A stretch of 61,065 nucleotides of DNA, the filler included, from Dugesia japonica (taxonomy: Eukaryota): the NCBI GenBank assembly GCA_001938525.1. It is 6 parts of 6 records of this genome, joined end to end, with 100 filler letters (N's around TTAATTAATTAA, not from the genome) between each part and the next. Parts side by side here need not be neighbours in the genome. Positions count along the whole stretch, not along the records: positions 1 to 13,217 come from MQRL01480679.1; positions 13,318 to 22,240 come from MQRL01245590.1; positions 22,341 to 33,326 come from MQRL01568892.1; 3 more parts are not named here. The stretch is one strand, 5' to 3'. The notes beneath the pieces are model-generated. The model made no database searches. It saw nothing but the letters and a program-made list of their open reading frames with translations, and was not told where the DNA came from. Positions 12,269 through 25,519 of this stretch are shown here, one piece after another. Both the position numbers and the translations under genes were made by a program. The first letter of the stretch is position 1. Each line of letters opens with the position of its first letter.

Positions 12269-13217
12269 ATGGACAGATGGACAGTGTGTTTTATGAATCT
12301 CCATTAAATAAGAGAATTAAGTTGGAAGAAATAATGTTAAATAATGTTAAAGATTAACCTATTGAAATAATTTTTATGGAAGATTATATTAAAGAAATCA
12401 TCGCGTTTGGACCGGAAGAAGGTGATACATCCAATATTGTACAAGAAGAAGTAGAAAACAATCAATATTGAACCAGATAAAATAGCGAATTTTGAACAAG
12501 AAGATTGTAACAATTTTGAAATAATTGATGAACTGGATGGAAAAGATATCGTGTTATGAGGGTTCATCGATGCAGAAAAGGCGGAAATTAATCAAGTTGG
12601 TGGATCAACAAATACTACTAGGGATGATGGTGTAATTATAGAATCGGATTTGTATCGCTGCCATAGGATACTTAAAATAAATGTTTCAAGATGAAATTCT
12701 TGTGAAATAATGTTACCAAAACCAATAGTCACCAAATTATTTCAAACAATAGAAGAAATGAAGCAGGTTAAAATTCAATTTGGGATACATGTAAAGTTAA
12801 AAAGGATATCAACAATCGATGATGGAGAAGAAGTAGAGTTTAAAACCTGTAGAATATCATATAGAGCCGTTTTATAAAATAATAACTTTTTTGAAGGTGG
12901 GATCAACCAATTAGATGAGAAAATAACAATAAGTAGCTCCAGTTGAATGTTAATTCGAATACTAGAAATGAATTTTAAGATCACAAAGGTTGCAGATATT
13001 TGTCGACTTTTGGGAAAAGTTATATTCCAATACCAACAATTTAAGAAGGTAATTAAAAACAGTTATGATTTAATAAAAGATTTTATGTTGAATTTAAAAT
13101 TATATGTTCTTTTCACGCGGCATTGCCTATGCTTTCTAAAATTAATGAATATAGCTTGAATTTTGATATTGGTTCTAGTTATACTGATTATCTACGGACT
13201 CTGATATTGCATGTCCA
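12269..13217 (+). pseudogene. N-terminal region of Polinton protein-primed DNA polymerase B
   Basis: Acidic N-terminus, QVGG, then SSS*MLIRILEMNFKITK..GKSYIPIP resembling the conserved GSGW..I..L...Y.PL.GSSYIPLP block before pPolB domains. Cut by the scaffold gap. Confidence 0.6.
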
Positions 13218-13261
13218 NNNNNNNNNNNNNNNNNNNNNNNNNNNNNNNNNNNNNNNNNNNN

Positions 13262-13273
13262 TTAATTAATTAA
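13262..13273. other. Artificial scaffold linker TTAATTAATTAA flanked by N runs (also 22285-22296, 33371-33382, 42547-42558, 52771-52782)
   Basis: The identical six-frame-stop 12-mer sits between N runs five times, at 9-11 kb intervals. Confidence 0.95.
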
Positions 13274-13317
13274 NNNNNNNNNNNNNNNNNNNNNNNNNNN
13301 NNNNNNNNNNNNNNNNN

Positions 13318-13383
<66 letters not shown>
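13318..13383. repeat. (AAT)n microsatellite
   Basis: Perfect trinucleotide run next to a gap. Confidence 0.95.
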
Positions 13384-13384
<1 letters not shown>

Positions 13385-13600
13385 GAATTTCCAAACATCA
13401 GCGAAGGAAAGCTAAAGAAAAGCATTTTGGTGGGACCTCAAATTAGACAATTTTTACTGAGATAAACATTTTGACAGTTTAACTGGATTCTTGGCTTTCA
13501 AATGTTCTTGATAACTGCAAATGCGCCAATTAAAAACATGTAGTAATCCGCTCGTACCAATATGTCTCTCAAAATTCATTTACTAGACTCACAACTTCCT
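13384..13600 (+). pseudogene. Chapaev3-like (CMC) transposase fragment with internal deletion
   Basis: FPNISEGKLKKSILVGPQIRQ and NMSLKIHLLDS match the Chapaev3-type blocks FPKLSEAKIKEGIFVGPQIR and NMSLKIHFLDSH. Confidence 0.6.
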
Positions 13601-13959
13601 ACAAACGACACTCTAAATCACATAAATTTCAATAAAACTAATAATTTATCTCTGCTCCTAAATATATTTCTGTTAAATTATATTAAAAATCAACAAGAAA
13701 AGATTTATCATTCTTGCACATTGTTAATTACTAATTATTATTATAAGAATATTGTTTGTAAGGGATCAATAAATGAGGAGACTAAGCGGGCTGTGTCAAT
13801 CATAAATAGCTCCAGTGAAAAAATTATTAATTTTATAAATTGAATTAAATAAAAATTTATCAAAAACAATTAAAAGAAAATAAATAAACCCAGCATAACT
13901 GATGATGCACAGATTCAGTTTCAATATATTCTTTGATATTTACTGAAAGTTTATTTCAA

Positions 13960-16900
13960 AATGCATAAATAAAAAAAATTATATACAATTCATTAACATG
14001 TTTTTTAAAAATGTTTCTTGATTCACAGGATAATCAAAATAAAAATTTCTTGCTTACCTAAAAATTTTAATATATTATTAGCCGAATTTAATGTAAGCAT
14101 AAATTAAACTAAAAAAGCAATATTAAATAAGTGATTAAATTTATTAATTTTACATTATGAAATTAAAAACATTTTAAATTAAAGACATACTTTTTAATTC
14201 TTCTAGGTCGATGAAAAAAATTTGAATAAAATATTGAAACGATTTTCATTTTAGGATTTAGGCTGATTTCATTGCTTTATGAAATTTTAAAACAGCCAGA
14301 AAATTGGAGAATTCAACTTAAGTCACTAAAATTGTTGAAAATGATGGAAAACAAATCATAATGTTAATAACCATTTTGTCCTCAATTTAGATAACAAAAT
14401 ATCGTGCTTTGGTCTCAAATATCAATTATCTTTTCTCTGGACATTGAATTAATTTGACAGGCTTTGTTTTAATATCGTTATATGAATAATGATTATACAT
14501 TACCGATTAATTTGATGTTATGTTTTTTGCATCGTTTTTGGTATATAATTGAAATCGTACCAAAATATTGATTTTATAGATATTTTAATTATGGAAAATA
14601 AATTTAATTAACATTTTAATTGATTTTACACATTTTAATATATTATTAACCGAATTTAATGTAAGCAAAACTTTAACTAAAAAAGCAATATTCAATAAGT
14701 GATTAAATTTATTAATTTTACATTCTGAAATTCAAAACATTTTAAATGAAAGAGATACTTTTAAATTCTTCTAGGTCGGTGTAAAAAATTTGAATAAAAT
14801 ATTCAAACGTTTTTTATTTTAGAATTTAATTCTCTTATCAACAAAGCTTATTTCATTGCTTCATGAAATTTTAAAACAGCCAGAAAATTGAAGAGAAAAT
14901 AATCTGGCAAAATATGAAAATTGTTTCAGATAAAGAAGTTTTATAATGTAAAATTTTGAGAATATCGGCTAAAAAAATTTGAAGGTCAATTATAAAATTA
15001 TATCTATTCTAACAAAATTATTGAGAATAATGGAAGACTGATAAAAAGTGATAAAGCAATACAATCCGATCCATTCTTAAATTATATCTAGAAAAAAATC
15101 ATTTTNCAATGAGTTACATTAGAGTAGTTTTAACATACCAAAAATTTAAGAATTTATAATGATTTAAAAAATGAAATAATCGAAGATTACGAAAAAAAAT
15201 CATGCAATTATCGGCTCATACTAATTGATTTCGTATGCTTTCATTAAAACAAAGTTAAATGTTTTCTTTATTATTTGACTGATAAAATTCTTAAAGCATT
15301 AAATGTGCAAAGTCCTGTCGATTTATTCTTCAGAGTAAATATTCAACTGAGAACGAATAAATCAATCGGTATTAGTGACGACAGTATCAATCCTCACAAT
15401 CCTTCAGATTCTTATTTTGATTGATTTTATAATATTCATATTAAAATAATTATCAAATTTTATTAGGAATATTTCTTAACAAATAAATGAGAATTTCAAG
15501 ATTTGTTAAATAATAATTATTATATACATGTTAGTTTTATTTGTTTTCTTCTTCATTTNAATCAACTNAAACAAGACTTTTAATTCAATACTTTATTTCC
15601 ATTACAATTAATTCTTCTTTGAAATTATTCTTTCTTTTTGAAAGCTTCTTTCAAAACTTGCCTTTCCCAATTTATGTTTTTAAATAAAAATAAATTTAAA
15701 AATATATTTTACAAATATTTTGAATTTACATTTTAAAAATTTCCACTAAAAATATTGATTTTCAAATTTCATTAAAAAATTTTAACTAATAAATATTGAT
15801 TTTCAAATTTCATTAAAAAATTTTAACTAATAAATATTGATTTCATAAAAACATTATTGAATTAAATTTTGAAAATATTTACAATTTTTAAAATTACCTA
15901 ACAATTATATAACTATATTTGAGAAAAAATTTAATTTTCAATTGAAAGCGAAAAATCATTTCATTATTACTTTGATTGTCTATAATCAAAATTAAGTTTC
16001 AAATTTAAAATAATAAAAAATCATAGAAAAAGATTTATCACAAATGATAAATTTCATAATATCAAAGTAATAATCTAAGGCACTTAAAAAAAATAATTAA
16101 TTAATACAAAATAAAAGCTTTAAAAACTATTTCAACGAACTGCGACAGAAGCGACAGCGTTTTAATACGTCCAAGAATTAGGGCTCATATCGCATGTTAT
16201 ACACACGGTTGATTAGATTCATAGTTAACTGATTTGATTTGGCCAATCGATAAGGCTATCTAAATCTGTATTACAAAACTATTATACATCTTAGCTGAAA
16301 TTTAGTATCAATCTAAGCTATTTAAATAAGTTAGTTAAAAATAAATATTTATATATAATTCTTTCCATGTATTTTAAAAATGTATCTTGATTCACATAAT
16401 TATCAGGAACACCAAAATAAAACTTTATTGCATTACCTACACATTTCAATATACTTCAATATATAATTAAACTAAAAAAGCAATATTAAATAGACAATAA
16501 ATGTAAATNATATAAATATTAAATTTATGTTAAATACAAAAATAAAATAACCTTAATATAATTAATAACAAAACATTTTTTCTAGGTCATTGAGTAAAAC
16601 TGATTCAAATAAACAAAACGTTTTTATTTTAATTAAATTTATAACATAATAATATTAATTAAATTTTACTTAAAATATTAAATTACCAAATAAACGAGAA
16701 TTTCAAGATTATTATAAACTAATTAATTAACAATATACATTTATTTTTGTCAAATTTTTAGAATTAGTATTGATACAAATGTTTTAAATTTTGATAAAAT
16801 GATAATTCTAATCTACCATCACATTTCGTTCGACAAAACTTTTGAAAATAATAATTTTCAAATGAATGCGAAAAATTAGTTCATTATTCCTTTACTTTTC

Positions 16901-17100
16901 TGCAATTAAAATTAAGTTCAAACCCCAAAATAAAAAGAATTTATAGAAAAGATTTGTTTCGAATTTTAAATCATTATCACAAAGGATAAATTTTATTATA
17001 TCAATGTAATAATGTAATAAGTTATTTAGAAAAGAATTAAATTGAAATGTGCAAAGAGGAAATAAAAAGAAAAGAAATAAGATTGTAGTGAAAACTAAAT
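13960..17100. repeat. Locally duplicated AT-rich blocks, including a 41-bp tandem repeat
   Basis: Block ATATTATTAGCCGAATTTAATGTAAGC...CAGCCAGAAAATTG at ~14070-14310 and ~14640-14890, with a third relative at ~16360-16640. Parts of 15480-16100 recur at 16690-17040. A 41-bp unit starts at 15751, 15792 and 15833. Confidence 0.7.
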
Positions 17101-17279
17101 TAAAAGGTGTTATTAAAAGTAATACCTAAAATCAGTTATTAAATACTCATTTGTTATTAAATCAATTAGTTTATTTGAATAATCGATTTGTATTGCTAAT
17201 CAATTTGATACTCATTTATGAACTTAATATCATATTATGAATGAATAGGTTAACAATTACAAAATTGGGAAAACTAATA

Positions 17280-17560
17280 AATGTTCTACCTGAACCCTCA
17301 TAAGCAGACCGCAGTCCCAACTGGGTTTAAAATTATTGTAATGACGCTGGGGTTTCAATAGTCAGAGAGATGGGTGCTTGAATGGGCGATGGTTTGTCAG
17401 AACTGACACTGAATCAATTTCTGACTCAAAAATTATTCAAGGCAAAGATGAAATATTAATAGACATCAAAATTGAATCAATTCCAATAATTCAATAATGA
17501 TGGCACGGAATTTCAAATATTTTCCATGATATATTATCGGTAATAGAAAACATAGAGAGA
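17280..17560 (+). pseudogene. Decayed non-LTR/PLE-type reverse transcriptase fragment
   Basis: GVSIVREMGA*MGDGLSELTLNQFL resembles RT motif 4 (G.PMG.PLS..LAN). Locally GC-richer than the flanks. Confidence 0.4.
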
Positions 17561-18078
17561 AATTGATTTTTATTCGAAGAGATTTATTTCAATAGATTTC
17601 AAAAAATATTAAATTTTTAATGCAAGATAATTGTAAAAAATAAAATGTTCAAATTGTAAATTTTTCATGTCATTCATAAAATTTAAATTTGTTTCAATGT
17701 ATCATAAAGATATTGTATATCAAACAATGCTTGTTAAAATGAACGATAAACAAAACAAAACTGATAAGTATAAAAACGATTATTATTAGATCAATTTTAT
17801 AGATTGAAAAGTATCTGATCCGTAGATGTTGAAATGAATGCCAAATTGTTGTTAAGTAGTAAAGTTAAATTCAAATTTGAGAAATTAAGAAACAAAGCAA
17901 ATATTTTTTGCTATAAGTAATTACTAGGTTCACACACACAGTATCAGCACTAAATGACTGTAATTATTAAATACATCAAATCTATATTTATCGTCGAGAC
18001 TCTCCATCACTAAAATATTCTCAATGAAAAATAAATGCAAAGAAATAGAAAATAGAAATATTAAATAATCTATATATA

Positions 18079-19410
18079 CTGCCTCCAAACCGTAAAAATG
18101 GATTTTTTATTTTTCAGTAAATAAGAAAGAAAAGCTATATTTTAATATTTATACAGCATGATACAACAATAATTAAAGGCATTTATAATTAATATTGAAA
18201 GCAGCACCTCTTGAAGCAATGATCTAGTTAATTGTCCGAGACTTCTTGCTAAAGAGAGAAGTAAGTATTTTTTCTTCAGTAGACCAAAATGTTGTTTGCA
18301 GTACGGTCAATAATGCATCCAGATCATTGCACATAGATTTTTAGCTACGTTTTTTCAAAGAATGAAACAAGCCGATATCATTAATGTTTAATTCTGGATA
18401 TTGAGCTGGCTGGTTCGTAACAGTAACGGTTAAAATTAAACTGTCTCCAAAATCAATAAACTTTTGTATGTTGATTTTACTAACATGTGAACGAGTATAA
18501 ACCATTTGAATAAAAACTTTTTTGCACCAGTGCATCTTGTTTAAGATTGCAGGAATGATTTTATTATACACCAGCTTGTAAAAGATGTCAGAAGTAATTG
18601 TGCAATTGACTTTGTAAACATTACGTTTTGTGTGGTTTTTTGAAGATCGCTAACTTACCTGGTCTTCTTAAAACCTTTAAATAACGATTAGACTGTTGAA
18701 ATTATTTTCAGAAATCAGTTTGGCAACAGCAGTTATTATCATAATTTTAGGGATATTAGCCTTGCTTATTAAGGGTACTTTCTTCCTTGGACTATTCTCA
18801 TGATATCTTTCATGACTAAAGGAATACAATTCGAACCATTTTTCATCAATGTCTCATGTATTATATCTGTAATTTCGGCCCCACTTCAAGCTTTAAACCT
18901 TTTGATAATCTATTAAAAGTGAAGATGTTATTCTAGGAACGAATCTAAATTCATCATCTTTAATTATTCTTTGGACACTAGTTGTTGGAATGGCTGTATA
19001 CTTTGAAATGTCACAGATGCTACTAGAGCGCCGCTTACCAATGGCATTTATTACTGCTGCCACTCGTTCTTCGTAGTTTGCAATATAAGGTCTGCCAGAG
19101 CATTGTTTTCTTGCGATTGTATCACGTTCAAAAAAATTTTCCCTCAAATTTCTAACATAGTTTCTATTGACATTGAATGCCTGGCATAATTCTTTGACCG
19201 TTCAGTATTCTGGTTCCACCTTTCTCATCTTAAAAAGTAATATTTCATAATTTAATAAAATCATTTTTTCTTCTTCGTATTGAGTTGACATTTTAAAAGC
19301 CTTCCTAAAATTAAACAAGAATAGCTAATAATAACAAAATTTAAATGACTTGATGAAATTTGATACATTGGTAAAATTAACAAATCCACTTTTTCATGGT
19401 TTGAAAGTAG
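18079..19410 (-). mobile_element. Full-length decayed Tc1/mariner element, DD39D (GT/plant-mariner)-like
   Basis: TA-flanked imperfect TIRs CTGCCTCCAAACCGTAAAAATGGATTT / AAATCCACTTTTTCATGGTTTGAAAGTAG. Transposase motifs SGRP, IDEKWF, FIQMVYTRSH and QPAQYPELNINDIGLF. Confidence 0.85.
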
Positions 19411-19699
19411 TATATATATAAATATAACAATTAATAAAATTAGTAGTTGTTTAAATTGAATAATTTAAATGTTTTTCAAGGCTATCAAATTGGTAAATTT
19501 TAATTACCAATTTCAGAAATAAAATAATGTCATTTTTCTGGTGAGATCTCCGAATTTATACACAGTAAAACCTCCATATAAATAATTTTATTAATATTAA
19601 AACAACTTAATTGTTTTAAAATTAATTATTTCAACTTTTAATAATATATTGATATTATTTCACGAATAAACCTATAAATAGAATTTTAACGATTATAAT

Positions 19700-20330
19700 T
19701 TAGGCCCACCATTAGTTCTGTCATCTATCAATAAAATATATTAAATAGAATTATACTTGGGAGTCACCCAGAAATTTATCCAACAAAATTTTACGTTGGA
19801 AAATATAATCTTTTAATTCAAGAGGATCATGTTTTAAATTTATTCTGTTGATTTCCTCGTTGGCCGTTGAAATATCGGCCTTGTTCTAGATTTTGTAATG
19901 TATTTATTAATACTTCATAACACTCTTTAACGACCAGCAAATTCTTCTTTAGACTGGGTTCTGCCAATGCTGATTTTGCCTTGTTAACAAGCACACCATA
20001 AACTCCTATATTTGATACAATGTTCTTAATCGCAGGAAGGTTGTTACAGTAGTAAATTACTGCTCGTAACCAGCTTGTCCATCTTGTCAAAACCACTGAC
20101 GGTGGACTTCCAATTTCATAAAATAGATTTTGTTTTTCTTTATTTTTTATTGTTAGCGCTTTTAAACTCCCAATAACTTTATCAATATTTGCATAGGCTG
20201 CACGAATGCGCATAGAACAGTTATGAATTAAATGGGCAAGACATTTTACACATAGAAAATTATGATTTCTTGATTTGTATACTTCAGCAGCCTTTTTCAT
20301 ATAAAATAAGCATCATAAAACTGGAAGTTT
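19700..20330 (-). pseudogene. hAT-like transposase fragment
   Basis: CLAHLIHN (CxxH motif) and PPSVVLTRWTSWL (TRW motif) in ORF 19827-20300. Confidence 0.7.
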
Positions 20331-20444
20331 TTAAAATTTAAAAGATGGATTCTTATTAAGATAAAATTTATCAGTAACCACTCATTGTTTTCATTATCTG
20401 TTCATTTAACTGAATAATAAAAAAATTTTAAATAATTGATTTAT

Positions 20445-21436
20445 TGTAATAAACATTGTTTCACAACTTTTTAATATATAATAACAAAAAGATATATTAC
20501 TTTTCAATATAAATTTGAGTCTGTCTGCAACGGTTCTCGTTTACGTCCGGGTTATCACTAATCGTTGTATTTTGAGAGGGACAGCGGTTTCCTTCGATGG
20601 ACCCTTTTCTTTTTCTTTAAATTAATGTTAAACAAGACTAATTTTATGACAATTTACTATGATGCTTTGATGCTATTGAATCCTCCGGGTTGCGTGATAA
20701 CTGATTTCTAATATTAACTTTCTTCACCTTTCAATAGTAATTACACTGAAGAAGTTTTCAACAAGTGTTTTCTCAAATTTTATACGCTGAGATATCAGTA
20801 GTCAATTGATTTTTAGTGAGTTTTTTCACCAAAGTTTGTTGCGGCTTATATATGATTTTGGTTGCATCCCGACTGTGTTCTTGTTGGTTGGTTATTTTTA
20901 ATTTGAATTATTCAAATTTCATTGGATCTAGTGCCAATCCTCTAAGAATTCTAGACTTCTGATCGGTAGTTATTTTTAGAATGGCACATGATAATTGAGT
21001 CTTTGTTTTATGTTTACTTTTAGGCATCTCATTGGTCCAGTTTTTGGAACCTTATAGCAACCTTCTAGAAGATGGTAAGGTTTTTTGATAGGAAACCGTC
21101 GATGACCAACCTGGATTTCTGCGGAAATTTTCTTGCGCCGAGCTCTTCTGATTTTCTGGAGCCAATTTATTTGAAATAAACGAATTCTCGGTTTTATTTT
21201 ATTTATTTTCTTTTTTAATTAATTAATATTTTTTCATAATTAAATATTTTATCTAATAATTTTCTTTCTCCTTGCTATATTAATTTATAATTTCTTTTAA
21301 TTACTTATATGGAAAAAATGTTGTATTTGATCATATAAGTTCCTTCCCGCCAGCATTTCTTCTTTTTATGATAATTAACGGTTCCTGACCCTCCTTGGGC
21401 CCTGTTTCTTTCTCCACGGAGTGTATCAACCCAACA
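20445..21436 (-). mobile_element. Probable LTR (solo or terminal), related to 32874-33327
   Basis: Minus strand begins TGTTGGGTTGATACAC and is similar to TGTTGAGGTGAAACAC at 32874 and its downstream sequence. 3' boundary uncertain; no TSD found. Confidence 0.45.
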
Positions 21437-21522
21437 AATGTGTTAATAAATTTGAAATACCGTATATTTTTCGAAAAATCTATGTAAAATATTGAAAAAA
21501 CCCAAAATGACCACTGTGAAAT

Positions 21523-22240
21523 AGTAGGGTGATAGTATCGCACGCGCACAATTTTTTAAGCAGTTATTGCGGGACCCCCTCCTCCGGGGGAGGGGGGCTC
21601 GGAAACACATTACGCTTGAGCTGCGTTTTTTAATCGATAATTATTGATTATCGATTTTTGATCTGATTGATTATTAATTACCGATTTTTGATCAGATTAG
21701 TTTTTTTTGATCGGATCATTTTTTTTTGATCGGATCAATTTTTTTTAATCTTTATTTTAATCTTTATTTTTTTTATCTTTTTTACTTTTTTTTAGGAGAG
21801 AATTTTTTTTATTTTGTTTTTTTGTTTTAATTAATGGACTTTTTTGTTTTAATAGTTAAACTTTTTTTTGTTTCAATTAATGAATTTTTATTATTTTAAA
21901 ATATGAAAATGGTTTGTTTCAATTAATACTAGAATTTTGTTGGTTATTAAACTTTTATTTTTTTTTGTGAGAAGACTTCATATTTATGTATGAGTTGGAG
22001 CAGTCTTGATATTTTGGAGGGAAATCTTTTTAAAATAATTAAATTAAATTTAATTTAATTAATTTATTATACAAGGAACGAGAGAAGTCTCTATATTTTG
22101 CATGAGATGGGGAGGAAGTCTCTATATTTATGCTCAAAGGTATATAAAGAATAAGGCATTAATTTATTTTTATTATGTACATTACTTTTAATTATTATTA
22201 ATTATTTTCATGCATTGTTTCAGTAACAGTCTTGTTTTCC
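21523..22240 (+). repeat. Putative Polinton-type terminal region (AGTAGG start), related to 58470-58888 in reverse orientation
   Basis: Starts AGTAGGGTGATAGTATCGCACGCGC and has GATC-rich subrepeats. Ends ATTATTTTCATGCATTGTTTCAGTAACAGTCTTGTTTT, whose reverse complement is at ~58475-58515. Confidence 0.4.
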
Positions 22241-22340
22241 NNNNNNNNNNNNNNNNNNNNNNNNNNNNNNNNNNNNNNNNNNNNTTAATTAATTAANNNN
22301 NNNNNNNNNNNNNNNNNNNNNNNNNNNNNNNNNNNNNNNN

Positions 22341-22700
22341 ATCTTTCATTATCTTGTTGTTTAATTCCAGCTAATTCGACAAACATATCTGAAATCGATT
22401 TCTTTATCGTGAAACAATCGATAAACCAAGATTTTGCTTCATCTTTTGTAGTGGGTTCTGTTTTAAAATCTTTCTATAAGACCACAGCTTCATCAGATAG
22501 TAATAGATCGAATGAACTCATCAAACATAAATTGTTTACTCGCAGCCATTCATCAATATATGTTATCGATTTTACAGCTTCTTCAAAATTTCGTCCATCA
22601 TATTTTCGAACATTGAAATTGAACATATCTTGCACTTTCTTCGGAAGTGAATCAATAATTAATTTTTTCTCTTGATGCCTTGTAACTGCACTGATATTTT
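22341..22700 (-). pseudogene. gag: Decayed retrotransposon gag fragment
   Basis: Minus-strand translation VRKYDGRNFEEAVKSITYIDEWLR..LLLSDEAVVL*..FVELAGIKQQDNE resembles Retrotrans_gag. Confidence 0.55.
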
Positions 22701-23769
22701 TGGCGTGTCAACAGTTATGCATTCTTCAACATCGGATTTCATAATACAGTAATATGAATTCAAATGTAACACGCTTAGTAAAGATTTATTATCATATTAG
22801 AACAAGTGACTTATTAATTTAATTAGTAATACACCGTAACTTTAAATATAGGAATTTAATGAAGTCAGGTAGTGAAAGTAACGTAACTTTACTAATACTT
22901 TGTAAACAACTACAAATGTTCTAATACTCAATTGATTGGCAAATAATTTCTGATTTTCATCCATGATTTCTTCTTTAAAAACATTTCCATCTTGTATTTT
23001 GTCTGTTTCATGTTATTCTGTTCTGTTTTCACAAACCCAAAAATCAATTCTGCTGGCCTCTTTTGTAGTTTTTTGTGTTAAAGCATTCATAGAAAATTCA
23101 ATTTCCGAAATCAAATATTTCAAATTTTGTTCTTTTTATTTATTAATGAAGTATTTTTACGATCTCAATTTGTTCTAAATTGTTGTTCTGTTAATCTATT
23201 AGCACTGTAATGATATGACCTAGAATTAACCACTTGTTTGCTATATTTATCAGCAAATTCTTTCATCCTATTCGATTCAAAACGATTTCTGCAATCTCAA
23301 AGTATTTTATGAGGTGCAACTAAATTTTAGAATTAATTTCTCAACCAAAGTATCAACTATAGTATTTTAATCTTTTTAACTGATCGCTGTTAATGATCAT
23401 AAATATACGGAAATGATTTGTAATTACCAATATATACTTTTCGTAATGTAAAGCTGTTTGTAATGATCCAAATGGTAATATAGATATTCTCAAATGGCCT
23501 TGAAAATGTTTCTGGAATTTTATTTTTTGTTCTAGTCATTTTGTTTTTGACATTCCTCACATCCATCAATACTTTCGTTAACAAAACTTGCCAAAATTTT
23601 TTATATCTAAAGTATTTCTATTATATAATTTTACTTTTTCACATCCAAGATGATTTATAATAAACTCAGCTCTTTTATCTTTGGTATCCATATTTTATTA
23701 TCTTTTGTTCTTACAATATCTTCTACTAACTTCATTATATCATTCATTTTTAATATTATTTTTCATTAA

Positions 23770-24719
23770 TATAAAGATATGAGTTTTCAAAAATAGCAGC
23801 CCTTAACATTTGAATTTGGAAAAGTTGCTCTAAAGCATTTATTACAGCACTCTCAAAATCGAGCAATATTCTATCTGGTGAAGCCAGTGAAATAATCTGT
23901 TTAACTGCCACTAAAATGCGATCATAAACAGCACGTGTTTTTGTTTGAACCAGACAGTAAATTGCAGTAGGATGTATATCAGGAACAAGTTGGAAATGTA
24001 TAGTATATAGCTGGAAAAATAGAAGTCACTACTTTGAATGTTCCATCTGCAAACCATAGTTTAGCTCTTTCCAATCCATCCAATAATTCGTCGTTTCCCA
24101 TTATCAAAAACCGATCATGTCCAGATACTGAATTATATAAAATCATATTTTGAAATTCTTCTGGTATATTGAATGTCATATCTTTTGGAGGTGGAAGAAG
24201 ATATGTCAATCCTGACTCCGACTGTATTTTTGGCGTTTTCGTTGCGAAGTTTGCTTAAGAGAATCCTTTTTTTGCTAAAGCCAAAAGAATATTCGATTAA
24301 AGTTCCATACTTACAGAACCTATAACTGCAGTCGTTGTTGTCGATATTTCATCCATTTTGTCTTTCATTTTAGCAACAGCTTGTTTTATTACCATCATGA
24401 TTATGCTGATGATCACAATCACCCACGATTTTATCTTTTTATGTTGTTAAATGGGCTTGACATTTGGAGATCTGATAACGTTTACAACGCCATTGAATAT
24501 TACCATTTGCATATTTCCGATGCTTAATAAATTCATATTGCTGATGCAAAACAGACACTTTTCCTTTTGTAGAAGTGCCAAAACTAATTTTATTATCAGT
24601 CATTTTAGCCGTTTAAATCACAATGATTAATTAATAAATTAATAATGTACATTGATGCTTATTTTGTTCTATTTTGTTTATCAGTGATTAAGTGTCGAGT
24701 GATTAAGTGTCCTCAAACC
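23770..24719 (-). mobile_element. 5' part of a Mutator-like element (FLYWCH + MULE transposase)
   Basis: Terminus GGTTTGAGGACACTTAATCACTCGACACTTAATCAC. ATG at 24603 followed by FLYWCH-like YEFIKHRK..WRCKRY..CQAH..HNH, then WFADGTFKVV and LLDFESAVINA. Confidence 0.85.
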
Positions 24720-25519
24720 ATCTGATCAACCCCCCCCATTAGCGGAAAAAGGTAACTGATCTGAAAAACTATGCCCTAGGTTATCGTGGATTTATTGATT
24801 AATGAATTTTGATCAGATCAAATTTTTTGATCGTAAAAAATTCTAAAAATTTTTTTGTTGCTTAAATTCATGTATAATTTTCGTGGGAATTTTAAATTTT
24901 GTTTTAATTTTTTTTGAATTTTTTGGCTGGGAAATCATTTTTTGTAAGTATTGTGGGTATTGTGGTTGGGCGGTATTGTGTGTGGAAGGTGATAAAGTAT
25001 ATTTGGATGAAAGTTGTGTGTTAATGGTATGTGTGTGAGTGCGTGTGATAAAAAACGAAATTTTTGTTTAAAATGTGTAGGTGTGTGTGATTTTGGGTGT
25101 TTGATGAAGGATTTGTTTTGGCTCGCGAAAATGGTATATACATTGCAAAAGGTAACTATTAATGAAAATGGGTCAGGAAGTTCCTGATTTGTTAGCGTAT
25201 CAGATCAGCATGATGTGTTATTGCGCGTTTGGGGTAAAAAAGGGCGTGGTGTTGGGAATTTTCGTTGGATTTGGATGGAAGTTGGTTTGTTGAAAAGAGA
25301 AAGTGTTGATGAGAAAGGTGATTGGGGTGGAGTGGTATTAATTTTTTGGATTATTGATGTATTTTTTAGGGTTTGTAAGTAGTGTGGATGGACGAAAAAT
25401 AATTTTTATATGGTTAGAGTGAAGAATATTACTGGTTTTTATTTTTTTCAAATTTTTTAAAGTAAAAGATAACATTTTATTTCTCATATATTAAACAACA
25501 CCCTTTAACTATTATATTT

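Larger units (their letters stand above)
4377..13217 (+). mobile_element. Decayed Polinton/Maverick (adintovirus-like) element, copy 1, truncated by scaffold end
   Basis: Ordered ATPase, integrase, minor capsid, PW-like, major capsid, adenain protease and pPolB N-terminus. Left boundary is tentative (AGTAGG at 4377). Confidence 0.9.

Noticed and set aside
13218-13317. TTAATTAATTAA between N runs as a biological repeated motif (five occurrences)
   Set aside because: Identical six-frame-stop 12-mer always embedded in N runs: an assembly linker. Linkage across it, for example Polinton with the giant gypsy element, cannot be inferred.
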